From assembly GCF_000143415.4 (NCBI RefSeq), contig NW_003314281.1:1069584-1133583 (forward strand): a stretch of 64,000 nt of DNA, read 5' to 3'. The DNA comes from Selaginella moellendorffii (taxonomy: Eukaryota > Plantae > Lycopodiophyta). Each line of letters begins with the position of its first letter. Positions within the stretch are counted from its first letter, which is position 1. The notes below the pieces were generated by a model that made no database searches, was not told where the DNA came from, and saw only the letters and a program-made list of their open reading frames with translations. Position numbers and translations under genes: made by a program. Positions 15,360 through 27,321 of the stretch are shown here, piece by piece.

Positions 15360-18300
15360 TCATTTTCTCTCTCGGAAATTTGCGAGGAGTTCTTCTCTTT
15401 CTTTTTGGCTCGCCGATACCATCCACTGGCTAAATTCTTTGACGCCCAATCCTTTGAACTTGGCGAGCTCGGAGAAGAGCTCCGATTTTTTCGTCGCTGG
15501 CTTTTGCTTCGCCGCTGTTGGTTCTTTGGAGCGATCCAATTCTTTGGCTGTTTGATCGCTCCGCTGTCTTTGCTTTGGTTTTGTTTCCTTTGGAGCTTTT
15601 GATCCCTCCGCTTCTCCCTGTCTTTGTTTTGGTTCCCTTCTTGTTGTTGATGCTGATTTTCGGACGGTCTTTTCTTCTGTCACCCGAGTAGCTCTCGTTC
15701 TCCTGGTGCTCGTTTCGCGCTCCTCGTCGCCTGAATCGATGACATCGACGGGTTCTTCATTCTTTTGGCCACGAAGTAATCGAGCATTCACCACCTCTTC
15801 GTTCTTGTGAGCGTAGACCACACCTACAAAACTCACAGTATGTAAGAAACAAAAATCCGACTCGCCAGAAAATCACGAAGAATTACCTGATTTTGTCAGC
15901 ATGTCTTGGAGTCCCACTGTTTCCTCTTCGTCTGTCTTCTGCGAGTCTTGCATATTTTCTTTCACCAGACGAGCAAGGCCGCTGACTCCATGCTCGTCAT
16001 CTTCTTCTTCATCCCCGTCGTTCTCAAGAGCTCTTGGCCTCCCTCTACGAGGCCTACACGGTCCATCACTGTCGCTGTCGTAACTTTCGACCTGTATCTT
16101 CATTAATCTCTCTTCGTGCTGCTCAATGATGTCACTCGTGAAGACTTTGTCTTGAAGATCCCGGAACAGGTTGCTCAGTCCAAAAAGCTCCCCTTTGTCA
16201 CCTTTGGAGTCCTGTGAATAACAAAGTTGAAACGAGGAAACAACAAAAAGAAGATGTTCTACCTGAACTCCTTCGAAGTATCGCTTCTCGCGATTTCCCG
16301 TGACTGCAAGGTTGAAAAGCTGCTGCTTGTATATTTGCCTGGTATAAATTAACTCCTCCAAAGACCCTGCAGCCAGTAACCGGAACACAGTGACATGGCG
16401 TTTCTGACCAAAGCGGAAAGAGCGATCTTGCGCTTGGAGATCTTGTGCTGGATTCCAGTTTGGATCAAAGACTACCACCCTGTTTGCACTCACCAGATTG
16501 AGTCCAAGTCCACCAGCACGAGTAGAGATGAGGAACACCTGGAAAAGTAACAGTTTGTATAGAAAGAAAAAACAAATCGTTCCACCACCTGTTTGCTAGG
16601 ACTAGTATTGAACTCGTCGACAATGCCCTGTCTTGCATTCATAGGTGTTGAACCATCGAGCCGGCAAAAGCAGTATCCTCGACGAATAAGAAACTTCTCT
16701 AGAATTCCAAGCATCCTGTTTAAATACATGAATTCGCAAGTCAAACTCACCATAAAACTGTGTCACACCAACCTCACAGAGTAGCTAAAGAGCAGCACCT
16801 TGTCACCTTGTGAAGTCCACTTGGACAAAAGGTTCTTCAGCGCAAGCATCTTGCCGCAATTCTGAGAGTCACTTAAACCGAGAAAGCTCTCATCTGGTTG
16901 AATGCCACCGAGAGAAGGAGCATCGTCACCGAACACTAGTGATGCAAACGCTGCGTCCTTCGTTCTCTTCTCGATATCGTCACTAAGATTTGGCTTAAGA
17001 AGCTCGAGATGATTGCTCACCTGGAGAAACCAATTCACGTTAGGAGACAAATGCGTAAGAACATGTTCAAACCTGCTGGAGTTTGTTCAAGCATGGAAGA
17101 ACCAAGCAGCAGGGGCATGACTCGCATCCATCTGGATTGCCCTTGTGAAGATACGACCAAATCGGTCCCTTTGGAGCAGTTCTCAGGCAACACTTCGAGC
17201 TCGGCTCCTCACTACCGCAGCCACAAGGTTCGTTTTTCCTGACCAGGCACTGAAAGTCGGGACTTTCGAGGAGACGTTTGTAGACGCGCCTCTGTATAGG
17301 ACTCATTGCGCAGAAGATGACAATGTCCTCCTTCCCTTTCAGCAGGTGTCCTATCGTCTCGTCTTTTGTTCGTCTCAAAGAGTACCTTCGTAGAACAGCC
17401 AATAGATGTTGTCTTCGTTTCTCCGCAAGCTCTACTAAAACCTGTGAGGCACTGATTTTCTGTCCCTGCTTGATTGGCTCATCGTAGTATCCTCGAAAAT
17501 GCTCTCGTGTCCCAAGGCATCCCGGAGCAGCCCACTCGAAAACGTTGAACAAATCGATCAACTTATTCTGTAAGATTGTCCCTGTCAACCCGAAGCGGCA
17601 CTTCGTGCGTAGCCTGCAGCATGCCTTGTAGAGCTGAGACTTTTCGTTTTTCAGGCGGTGTGCCTCGTCCACAATCACACAGTCCCAATCAATCTCCTGC
17701 AGCGAGCTTCCGTGTATTCTAAAAGTATCATGGCTGGTAATGACTACGTCGAGCTCGTCTCTCCGGACCTTGTCCACGATGGCCTCCCTTTGAGCACCAT
17801 GGTAAACGCCGAGAGGGAAGCTTCCCCAAGCTTCAAACTCCCGCTGCCAATTCTCTATCACTGAAGTTGGACAAAGCACCAGCACGACCTTCTTCTTTGC
17901 TTCACTTAAGTTTGCCTTCGATCGGAATGGAAGCCGAAAGAGCTCACCATCGTTGTGAAGTATAGCTGCGATGAAAGCTATCGACTGTATGGTCTTTCCT
18001 AGCCCCCTACACACACACACACACAAGAAATCAAGAATAAACTTTTTGACGCGGTTTAGATGGTACTTACATATCATCACCCAGAATTCCACCGATTTTT
18101 TGCTTGTAGAGATTGTAGAGAAACCGGACACCTTCACGTTGATGCTCCAGTAGCCTGCTATTAATCGGTGCTGGAACCTACAGCAAGAAAAATATCCATG
18201 ACCAAAAATTTCTTCACAAAGAATGGCTAGAGAAATTGCAAGAAGGAAAGAAAGAAGAAGAAAAAACGCTTGAACAAACCTCTACTCTCTCTGGTGATCC

Positions 18301-18612
18301 TTCGTCTGACAATAAAAGAGGCTCGTATGGACCTTCTTTCTCGGATTGTACCAAAAGCCCAGCGTCGCTGTCCAATCTTTCCCCGGATTCTTCCTCGGCA
18401 GTCACAGAAGCAGCATTGTCTTCCTCGATTCTCACACACGGCCGCTTGAGAAGAGGCTCGTCGATTTTCTGAAGAGGCTTCTGCGCTGTGCCGCTGGAAT
18501 CCTCATACCTTTGCCTCTTGACGCTGCCGTAGATCCGCGCCTTGGATGCCTCGAGCGATTCTAGCTGCTCGCGAATGCTCGTCTTGGCGGGCTTCCTGGC
18601 CAGCGTCTCCAT
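15360..18612 (-). CDS. SWI2: SNF2-family ATPase, ERCC6L2/plant SWI2 (CHR9)-like, multi-exon
   Basis: GLGKTIQ, VIVDEAHRLKN, RFGLTGTILQN, FCRLDGST, FLISTRAGGLGLNLVSANRVVVFDPNWNPAQDLQAQDRSFRFGQ, plus the Cys-rich insert (PCGCGS...CC...CESCPCCLVLPCL) typical of this subfamily. Confidence 0.88.
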
Positions 18613-20989
18613 CACTACACTTTCTATAAACCCTAAAAACAAACGTTACAAAAGGGGGAAAGAGAAAATAGGGCTTAAGCGCGCCTATCGCCAGTGCGAG
18701 AGATTTCGAGCGCCATTCTCTTTCTCGCAGGAAGATCCTCGCGTTCTTGCCGGATTGAAAGCCTGCGGGAGCTTGAGGGAGCTTGAGATTGGTAAGAGGA
18801 TCCATCACAGCGGCTCTCCAAGCATTCTGGTCTCTAATGCCTCGATTTCCATGTACGCGAAATGCGGGAGCATGCCGGATGCGCGAGGAGTCTTCGATGG
18901 AATGGCGCGTCGCGACGTGGTTTCCTGGACAGCTTTGATCTCCGGGTATGTTGAGAACAGGGAAATCGATCGGGCTTGTGAGAGCTACGATCAAATGGAA
19001 GGTTGCGAGCCAGATGCTCGAGCGTTTCTCGCGGTTCTTACAGCTTACACCCGTCTAGCAGCTCAAGAAGAAGGAGTCCAAGATTGTGGCAAGCTCGCTA
19101 AAGTTGAGGCTCTTGGAAAATCCATGGCCTTGCACGACCAGATTTTTGGAAGGGGCTGTGACAGGGATATCTTCGTAGCAAGCTCGCTGGTGGATCTCTA
19201 TGCCAAGTGTGGGAGCTTGGTGGATGCCCGAATAGTTTTTGACAGGATGGCCGAGCACAACGTAGTTTCGTGGACTAGTCTGGTGATGGGATACGTAGAG
19301 AATGGGGAGGCTGGGATCGCTTTGCAGCTTTTTAGGTGCTTCCACAGCACAGGACTGGAGTTGAATTCTCGAGTCATGGTTGCCGCCCTTATGGCCTGTG
19401 GAAGCTTGGCATCGAAGGAAGAGGGAACTCAAGTTTGTGGAAGGCTTGTCAAGATCGGGTGTCTAGAACAAGGTGTGGTTTTATACGAGCAGGCAAAATC
19501 CCGGCGATTGGACTCGGAAGTTCACGTAGCGAACAGCTTGATCGACATGTTTGCGAAGTGTGGGAGCATGGAGAGAGCTTGTCGGGTTTTTGAGACAATG
19601 GAGGTTCGGAACGTTGTGTCGTGGACGTCATTGATACAGGGGTATGTAGAGAACGGGAAGGAGGAGCTAGCTCTAGATCTCTTTGGCAGTATGGGAACTC
19701 CACCAAACGCTTGGACTTTTACCACAGTGCTTGTGTGCTACGCTTCTTTAGCAGCAAAATCCAGTTGCGGAATCATGAAGACCAAGTGGCTAGAGAAAAC
19801 AAAGGCTCTCCACGATGAAGCTGTAAAGTCTGGCTGTTCTTTGGGTATCGTCATGGCCAACACGCTAGTTTTTACCTACATGAAGTGTGGGAGCACGGTA
19901 GATGCCGATCAAGTTTTCAGCAGCATTGGACAGATCGCAAACGTTGTTTCGTGGACGTCGATGATTCTCGGGTATACAGAAAATGGAGAGCACGAACAAG
20001 CTCTAGAACATTTTTACAGGATGAAAGCAGCAGGAAGTGCTCCCGATTCTCGAGCATTTGTCTCAGCTCTTACGGCCCTGGGAAGATTAGCGGAGAAAGA
20101 AGCGAATGAGCTCCAGGATTCTGCCAAGACCAAGTGTCTGGAGAGAGCAGTGGAGATGCACTTGGAAATCACAGCAAGCGGGCTCGACTCGGACAGTTTC
20201 GTCGCAAACACGTTGATGGAGGTTTATGCAAAGTGTAGGTGCATGCCGAAGGCTCGCCAGGTCTTCCAAGGGATGGTGAATCGCAACACCGCAAGCTGGA
20301 ACACTATGATCCTGGGCTATGTCAAGAATGGTGCTAGTGAGCAGGCTTTGGAAACATTTACTCGTATGAAACTCGAGCCACGCCGGGGTTGTGAACCGAA
20401 TCATCAAACTTACGTCGCGGTGCTGACTGCTCTTGGAGACTTGAGCACAGGGTTAGAGGCTGGCCGAGAAATTCATGGAGAAATATGCAGGAGAGGACTG
20501 ATCGAAGAGACATCATCAAGCTCTCCCCCGGTTCTAGCAACTTGTTTGCTGGATTTCTACGCGAAGTCCGCGAGCATGGCTGCTGCCCGGCACGTCTTCG
20601 ACTCGGCTTTCCTCGGTGGTGGTGATGCTGCTATTTGGAACGCACTGATCTCCGGCTACAGCATCCAAGGTGACACTTTCCAAGTTTGTAGCTCGTTCCG
20701 GGAGATGAGAGGCGCAGGGATCCAACCGGATGAGGCTACGTTCCAATCGATCTTGATGTCGTGCAGTCACGCCGGTCTCTTGGACGAGGCAAGGAAGTTC
20801 TTCCGCGAGATGGGCAGTGTCTATGGAATCGCTCCAAGGATGGAGCATTACAGTTGCATGGTCGATTTGCTTGGAAGAGCAAACCGTGTTGAGGAGGGTA
20901 TGGAGCTCCTGGAAAGAATGCCATGGAAAGCTGATACTGTGGCATGGACGAGCATATTGAGCGCTTGGTCTCAAATGGAACAAAAGTAG
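18575..20989 (+). CDS. PLS-class pentatricopeptide repeat protein, ending at the start of the E region; true start uncertain
   Basis: Repeats of xSLVDMYAKCGS..A..VFD.M...NVVSWTSLI.GYVENG; terminal ILMSCSHAGLLDEARKFFREM...EHYSCMVDLLGRA...MPWKADTVAWTSILSA. Confidence 0.9.
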   Translation: MLVLAGFLASVSITTLSINPKNKRYKRGKEKIGLKRAYRQCERFRAPFSFSQEDPRVLAGLKACGSLRELEIGKRIHHSGSPSILVSNASISMYAKCGSMPDARGVFDGMARRDVVSWTALISGYVENREIDRACESYDQMEGCEPDARAFLAVLTAYTRLAAQEEGVQDCGKLAKVEALGKSMALHDQIFGRGCDRDIFVASSLVDLYAKCGSLVDARIVFDRMAEHNVVSWTSLVMGYVENGEAGIALQLFRCFHSTGLELNSRVMVAALMACGSLASKEEGTQVCGRLVKIGCLEQGVVLYEQAKSRRLDSEVHVANSLIDMFAKCGSMERACRVFETMEVRNVVSWTSLIQGYVENGKEELALDLFGSMGTPPNAWTFTTVLVCYASLAAKSSCGIMKTKWLEKTKALHDEAVKSGCSLGIVMANTLVFTYMKCGSTVDADQVFSSIGQIANVVSWTSMILGYTENGEHEQALEHFYRMKAAGSAPDSRAFVSALTALGRLAEKEANELQDSAKTKCLERAVEMHLEITASGLDSDSFVANTLMEVYAKCRCMPKARQVFQGMVNRNTASWNTMILGYVKNGASEQALETFTRMKLEPRRGCEPNHQTYVAVLTALGDLSTGLEAGREIHGEICRRGLIEETSSSSPPVLATCLLDFYAKSASMAAARHVFDSAFLGGGDAAIWNALISGYSIQGDTFQVCSSFREMRGAGIQPDEATFQSILMSCSHAGLLDEARKFFREMGSVYGIAPRMEHYSCMVDLLGRANRVEEGMELLERMPWKADTVAWTSILSAWSQMEQK

Positions 20990-21162
20990 AATTTCTACAC
21001 TTCCATCATATGTATGATAAAAGGTTTGAAAGGTGACAGAACTTAATAACAAGAGAATCAAGCAGGATACTTGCTGATGTTTATATGATCTGCCAGAACA
21101 TTACAAGCTTTTCTCTCTCCATTCTTATATACTACCAGAGTTTCAGAAAGAATCACAAGCTA

Positions 21163-23250
21163 TTAACAAGATAAAGTTGTTGCAAGGAGGGCATAGGACG
21201 ACGAGCTCTGAGGATCTAACACGAATGCTTCTCTTGCAACTAATCTCCCTTGCGCCGCATTACTATGAAGTTTGCAAGCAGTGAGCAATGCCTTCCACCC
21301 AGCCCCATTTTGATACTTCTCAGGGATCAGTGCCATGACCTGAGACGCCTCACTCACAAGCCCCACTCTCCCCAGCAAGTTTACCATCGAGTAGTAGTGC
21401 TCCCTCGTCCAATCCACCGAGTGGTCCATCAAGATTGATGTGAAGCAACTCCGTGCTGCCGCTAAAACACCAACGTCGCTACAAGCAGCGAGCAAACAAA
21501 GCCCACCGACGTGATCGATCTCGAGGCCATGAAGCAGCATTTGCTTCACGAGCTCTAGAGCTTCCTGGTTATGCCCGTTCTGGGCATATCCAGTAAGCAT
21601 CGCATTCCAGGAGACGGCATTTCGTTCGAGCATACCATCGAAGAGCCTCTTCGCCGCTACTACGTCTCCGGCTTGCGAAAACGCCGCCACCATTGCGTTT
21701 GTCGAAACCAAACTCCTTTGCGGCATCTCATTGTAGATTTCCAACGCGTTTGAAAGTTGCCCAGACTGGGCAAATGCTGTGAGAAGTATGTTCCAGGACG
21801 CTGAATCTCTTTCCTTCATGCAATGGAATGCCTTGCTAGCGTCCTCCGTACAGCCCGCCTGCGCGTACGCTCCTACCAGCGTGTTCCCGCTCCGTACGTC
21901 CCTCTCCGGCGCGCTGTCAAAGAGAAACTTGGCCTCTTCGACGAGCCCGGCCTGCGATAAGGCGACGAGCATCGCGTTGCACGAGACGACGCTGATCTCC
22001 GGCATGGAATCGAATGTGAGCTTGGCGTCGCGTAGGCGCCCATTCTCGGTGTACGCTGCCACTGCCACCGTGCCCAGGACCACGTCCCAGCGAGGGAGCG
22101 ATCGGAGGATCTCGCCCACTTGATCCACGAGCCCATGGCGCGAGTAAGCCGCGATGATCGCAGTGAAGGTCGCGATATTGGGGCGATCCATCCGCGCGAG
22201 CAGTGCCTCTGCCTCGTCGAGGTTTCCCGAGAGAGCGTATGCCTGGATCATCGTGTTCCAGGAGACGTGATCCCTCTGCTGGGGATCCATTGATTCAAAG
22301 AACTCTCGGGCTCGATCTAGCGAGGGATCCATTGCGACGAGCACGCTCAGGATCGAGTTGCAAGAGACGGTGTCTCGCACGGGCATCGAATCGAAGAAGC
22401 TCTTCGCTTGATCGAGATACCCGTTCTGGGCATAAGCTTGGAGCATTGTGTTCCACGACACTGGATCTCTCTCCTGGGATGAATCAAAGAGAGCTTTTGC
22501 TTTCTCCAAGTGCCCAGCCTGGGCATATGTTGCGATCATCGCATTTCGCGACACAAGATTTGGACAGGGCATTTGGTGGAAGATCGCCTCTGCCTGATCG
22601 ATCTGTCCTAATCTTGCGTGGAGTGCCAGCATCGAATTCCAAGAGACGCTGTCGTGCTCCGGCATGGATTGCAGCATTTCTTTGGCCTTCTCCAAATGCC
22701 CATTCACGGCAAGAGCTTGGATCATGGCATTCCAGACGAACAGATTCCTGGCGGGCGATCGATCAAAGAGTAGCTGCGCTTCGCGGAGTTTACCGTCCTG
22801 CGCGTAGGCCGCGATCATTGCTGTGGTCGCGACGAGGCTCCCGGCGCCCGCCACAGCCGCGCTATCGAGCAAGCTCCTCGCTTGTTCTAGATGCCCAGTT
22901 TGGGCATGTAGGGTGATCATGGTGTTCCACGAGACAGCGTTCCTGTACGGCATGGCGTCGAAGACGCGCTGGGCCTGGTCCTCCTGGCCATTGCTGCCGT
23001 ACGCCTGGATGAGTATGTTATAGGAGAAGAGATTGGGCCGCGCGATGGTGTCAAAGGCGCGTTGGGCGTCGCTAGGGCAGCGGCATTTGCCATACATTTG
23101 GATTAGGAGGTTGGAGAGGTAGAGATTTTGGCGCAGGGCGGCGCTACTCGCGATGATCCGCGCGTGGATCTTTCTCGCCGCGGCTAGATCGCCGCTCTCA
23201 CCGCAGATCTTCACGGCGCTGGCTAGCTCCTCGATCGCTGATGATTGCAT
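21163..23250 (-). CDS. PLS-class PPR protein with a long run of 31-aa (SS-type) repeats and truncated E domain
   Basis: Tandem A..LFD.MP.RD.VSWN.ML.AYAQ.G repeats; C-terminal EHYYSMVNLLGRVG...WKALLTACKLH...SSYALLA; no DYW. Confidence 0.92.
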   Translation of the reverse strand: MQSSAIEELASAVKICGESGDLAAARKIHARIIASSAALRQNLYLSNLLIQMYGKCRCPSDAQRAFDTIARPNLFSYNILIQAYGSNGQEDQAQRVFDAMPYRNAVSWNTMITLHAQTGHLEQARSLLDSAAVAGAGSLVATTAMIAAYAQDGKLREAQLLFDRSPARNLFVWNAMIQALAVNGHLEKAKEMLQSMPEHDSVSWNSMLALHARLGQIDQAEAIFHQMPCPNLVSRNAMIATYAQAGHLEKAKALFDSSQERDPVSWNTMLQAYAQNGYLDQAKSFFDSMPVRDTVSCNSILSVLVAMDPSLDRAREFFESMDPQQRDHVSWNTMIQAYALSGNLDEAEALLARMDRPNIATFTAIIAAYSRHGLVDQVGEILRSLPRWDVVLGTVAVAAYTENGRLRDAKLTFDSMPEISVVSCNAMLVALSQAGLVEEAKFLFDSAPERDVRSGNTLVGAYAQAGCTEDASKAFHCMKERDSASWNILLTAFAQSGQLSNALEIYNEMPQRSLVSTNAMVAAFSQAGDVVAAKRLFDGMLERNAVSWNAMLTGYAQNGHNQEALELVKQMLLHGLEIDHVGGLCLLAACSDVGVLAAARSCFTSILMDHSVDWTREHYYSMVNLLGRVGLVSEASQVMALIPEKYQNGAGWKALLTACKLHSNAAQGRLVAREAFVLDPQSSSSYALLATTLSC

Positions 23251-23270
23251 AGGATCGCATCGCCGGGAGG

Positions 23271-23280
23271 TTTAGGGTTT
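23271..23280. promoter_or_regulatory. Telo-box-like element in the 56-bp divergent gap between the PPR gene and IF-2
   Basis: TTTAGGGTTT (AAACCCTA on the minus strand). Similar motifs lie near other gene starts (14354, 18628, 27340, 36899). Confidence 0.45.
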
Positions 23281-23306
23281 ATCGATCGGGGGCGAAATAT
23301 GAGGAG

Positions 23307-25590
23307 ATGAGGAGAGCCGCGTCTCGGCTGCGCGGAGTCGTGCTGCATTCGATCCATCGGGAGTTTACCAGCAGCGGCGTGAGGAATGCGAGAGACAAGG
23401 TCGGGCCGTCTGGAGAGATCAGTAAGTTTGCAAGGAAGAAATTCGAGAAGCTGCGGCAGCAGCCGGTGGAGAGGCCCTATGTCGCTCCACAGCCGGCGGC
23501 GCCGCTCTCGCCTGTCAAGGTGGTGGAGATTTTCGAGGGCATGACGATGCGGGAGCTTGCATCTCGGCTCCAGCAGTCAGAGAGCGCTGTGCAATCCATC
23601 CTGAATGATCTTGGCGAGAGCTGTGAGTCCGGTGACGAGGCGCTGGCCTTCGATGCATCAGAGCTAGTTGCACTGGTACGTGATCTTTCCTTTCTTTCTC
23701 TAGTTCTTTTCTTTTCGCAAGTCTTTGCTGCTTCTCTTTAGATGATTTTGCTGCTTATCTCAGATGAAAAGATCTTTGTAGCTTCTTATTGTTGATTCAC
23801 TGATCATTACTTTTCCAGGAATTCGGAGCTCAAGTGAAAAGAGTTGACGCGGAAGTAAGGAAAGATGATCCTCAGAAGGAAGTGATTCCACTGCGTCCTC
23901 CAGTGATCACTGTTATGGGGCACGTCGACCACGGGAAAACTTCGCTGCTCGATGCACTGCGCAAGTCATCTGTTGCTGCGGGTGAGGCCGGAGGAATCAC
24001 GCAGCACCTCGGTGCTTTTGTCGTGAAGATGTCCTCGGGAGCATCCCTTACCTTTCTGGACACGCCGGGCCACGCGGCTTTCAGTGCAATGCGAGCTCGC
24101 GGGGCGGCAGTGACGGACATCGTCGTTCTCGTCGTTGCTGCCGATGATGGTGTCAAGCCTCAAACGCTAGAAGCGCTGTCTCACGCACAGGAGGCCAAGG
24201 TTCCGATAGTGGTGGCGATCAACAAGTGTGACAAGGAAGACGCGGATCCTGCCAGGGTGCGGCAGCAGCTTATCATGCACAGCGTCGAACTTGAAGAGAT
24301 TGGTGGCGACGTCCAGGTTGTCGAGGTCTCGGCTAAGCAGAGCACGGGACTTAACAAGCTGGAGGAAGCTCTACTGCTCATGTCAGAGATGATGGACCTC
24401 CGAGCCCGGACCGACGGCGATGCTCACGGGGTTGTCATCGAGGCAAGGCTTGATCGGGGCCAAGGGCCTTTGGCAACGGTGATAGTGCGATCGGGCACGT
24501 TGAAACAGGGAGCCATTGTCGTTGTTGGTCACCAGTGGGGGCGTGTGAGATGCTTGCGGGATATGACAGGAGCTATTGTCAAGTCTGCTGGGCCTGCTAC
24601 ACCTGTTGAGGTATCAGGACTCCGGGGAGCTCCGCTAGCTGGGGACTCGCTCAACGTTTTGCAAAGTGAGGACAGGGCTAAGAAGCTGGCCGAGAAGAGG
24701 CAGCTGATTATGGAGCAGGACAGATTGCAAAAGCGTAGCTTAAAAGCTGCTGCTGCTACTCCTGCTACTCCGGCCGCCGAAGATGAAGGGACCGACCAAG
24801 CTCCGAAGGCAGTCAACATGCCGCTCGTTGTGAAAGCCGACGTGCAAGGGACCTTAGAAGCTGTTCTTGAAGCCCTCGAAAGCTTGAACAACGAACAGGT
24901 GAAGTCCTATATTTTACCTTCTTTCATCTGAGGTTGTCTGTAACCTTTTGTACCAGGTATCTGTGAGTATCGTGCATTCCGGAATTGGCCCCGTGTCGGA
25001 AGCAGATTTTCTTCTAGCCGAAGCATGTCAGGGCTGCTTAATTGCTTTCACCGTCAAGTGCTTGCCATCGGTAGAAGCAATGGCTCGTCGTGCTAAAATC
25101 CCGGTATGTTCTTTTTTATGCATTGACTTGAAACTACTTTTCATGTTTCCATTTACAGCTTGTTCATCACCGTGTGATTTACCATTTGTTGGAAGAAGTG
25201 GGGAAGCTGATAATTGAGAGGGCTCCAGGAACTTCGGAGACCCGGATTGCCGGGCAGGCCGAAGTTCTCGCCATCTTTGAGATTAAAGGCAAAGGCAGGG
25301 CAGGGGTTGGAGCAGCCAAGATTGCAGGCTGCCGAGTCTTCGAGGGACGCCTGCTCAAGGGTCAGCGTGTCAAAGTCCTCCGGAGTGGCACGGAGCTGTT
25401 TGACGGGAAACTTTCGTCGCTCAAGAGGGAGAAGCTGGACGTGGACACGGTTGGGAAGGGGACGGAATGCGGGCTTATTGTCAACGAATGGATGGAATTC
25501 AGTGTCGGGGACGTTGTGCAGTGCATCGAAGAGTACAAGAGATTGCCGACGTTTGTTTCTTCGGATGGGAAAGCGAGGATCGAATGCTGA
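23307..25590 (+). CDS. Translation initiation factor IF-2, probably mitochondrial (4 exons)
   Basis: [70 protein letters not shown] and IAGCRV...ECG. Arg-rich presequence. Introns at about 23676-23818, 24899-24956 and 25104-25159. Confidence 0.93.
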
Positions 25591-25879
25591 GGTTTTGCTA
25601 GAATGACACCAGAGTGGTTTTGGTAACTCCAAACTTGACAGAAACTTTTCAGGTACTGTATTCTTCTCTCTTTTTTTCTTCTTCTTTCTTCTCTTCTTTG
25701 CGGTTAGCAATAAGAAGTACTGTGCTCTTTAATAACCCCGTGCATTGCAGCTGGTTTGGTGTATACCTTGCTTCTTCTAGTGTCTTTGTCTACCTTTCCT
25801 TCGTAATCCGGCATTGCTCGAAGAGTCTTTGGCGTCGATATAAGCTGCTTGTTTCGTCCTAGGTAGAGCAACTAGAGCT

Positions 25880-26418
25880 ATGGAAGACGACTATCGCTAC
25901 TATCAGCTAGGATTGAGAGTCTTGGGATTTGCTCTTACTTCTGTGGCTTTTTCGTGTATGGGAGCAGCGCTTCCAGTGTCCCCGACATCTCTGACGCGCT
26001 ATGCCTCGTTCAAGTAAGCAATCTTTGTGGAAGAGATCCTTTCTAACGAGTTTCCTTTGCAGCTTTTTGCTGGCTACCAATGTCCTTGCATGCCTCTACT
26101 CGGGAGCTCAGGTTGCCGTTTTAGCAGCGAACAGAAAGAAGCTCACAGATTTTTACAAAACCTCCAGCTTAATGCTCGATCAAGTAAGTCACTACATCTA
26201 TAGTTTTCGTCAGGTCGCACGCATCCTCTCTTTTGCAGATTTTCACTTGCTTGCTGCTTGCAAGCGCGTCGGCAGCTAGTGCCGCTTTCCAAGCGCTCGA
26301 ACTGTGTAAGCAAGACCTGGCCACTTGCCTACGAGTAACATCGTCGGTGGTAGCGGGATTTGTGGCCTTTTCAGCACTCTACGCCTCCACAGTCGTATCG
26401 TTCCTCACCGCAAGGTAA
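25880..26418 (+). CDS. CASP-like (CASPL) four-TM protein (3 exons)
   Basis: MEDDYRYYQLGLRVLGFALTSVAFSCM...RYASF|.FLLATNVLACLYSGAQV...LMLDQ|IFTCLLLASASAASA...C....C.RVTSSVVAGFVAF: TM1 Arg, TM3 DQ and paired Cys as in the CASPL family. Confidence 0.8.
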
Positions 26419-26488
26419 ATCCCGGCTGTTTTTCGATATGTATATACATACACTCAATTGCTTACTACTTGTCATGTACAAAACAGGG

Positions 26489-27321
26489 CTATCGAGCTAT
26501 CAAGTCGAGATCATCATCCTCCTCCAGATCATGCTCGTTCATCTGCTTGATCCTCTTGCCGTCTCGAGGGCCGGTTCGTCGCTTTTGCTTCCCGCTGCGA
26601 TCCAAATAGAAGAAAGTTGAGAATAAGGTAAACAAGTTTGCGTGCTCTACTTACGGCCCGTTTGCTGGCGTTCCCGCGATCTTGATCCGACTTTGGCCGC
26701 TTCCATCTAGTCTTCCCTCGGTGTCTCGTCCTAGAGCATTCTCTTCGGCCTTGGAAGAGACAACAAAAAGAAGAATGGCCGGGTATGGAGAAAAAGTTGG
26801 CATTACTAGACACATAATTCTCTGGTTTTGGTGGTTTTTTTTTTCTTTCAACTTACAGCAGGGGAAGTGACCGAAGACAAAGAAAACAAACGATCCTCGG
26901 TGGAGAACTTGCGTGGTCTCTTCATGCTGAGACAGAAAGAGAAAGAGATTCAAAGGTTACGTTAATCTTTGATTCGAGCAATGCTTTTTTTTTTTTTTTT
27001 TTTTTTTTTTGGTTGCTTTGCTCGAGAGCAAACTTACTTTCCAGCTCCCTTGGCGGAGGAGAGAAATCCCTCGAATCCCTTGAGAACGTTGCCGCACTGG
27101 CTCGAGTCGTGCAGATAAGTGGTCTCGAGATCATACACCTGTAAATGATTCCGGAATATCCAGAGATGCCAAAGATATATTCCCTTTACACAAACCTGCT
27201 TCTCAACGTTTCGGAGCTCCTCGAGGAGCTTCTCCCGTTTGGAGACGCACAGGGCGAGATTGGCCTGTGGATTCAACTGCGCGGCCGCGCGCTGCTGCTG
27301 GCTCGCCGCCATATCTACCAT
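26489..27321 (-). CDS. EAF6: NuA4 subunit EAF6/MEAF6-like (multi-exon)
   Basis: KREKLLEELRNVEKQ|VYDLETTYLHDSSQCGNVLKGFEGFLSS...RKFSTEDRLFSLSSVTSP; C-terminal ...HDLEEDDDLDLIAR*. Confidence 0.9.
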
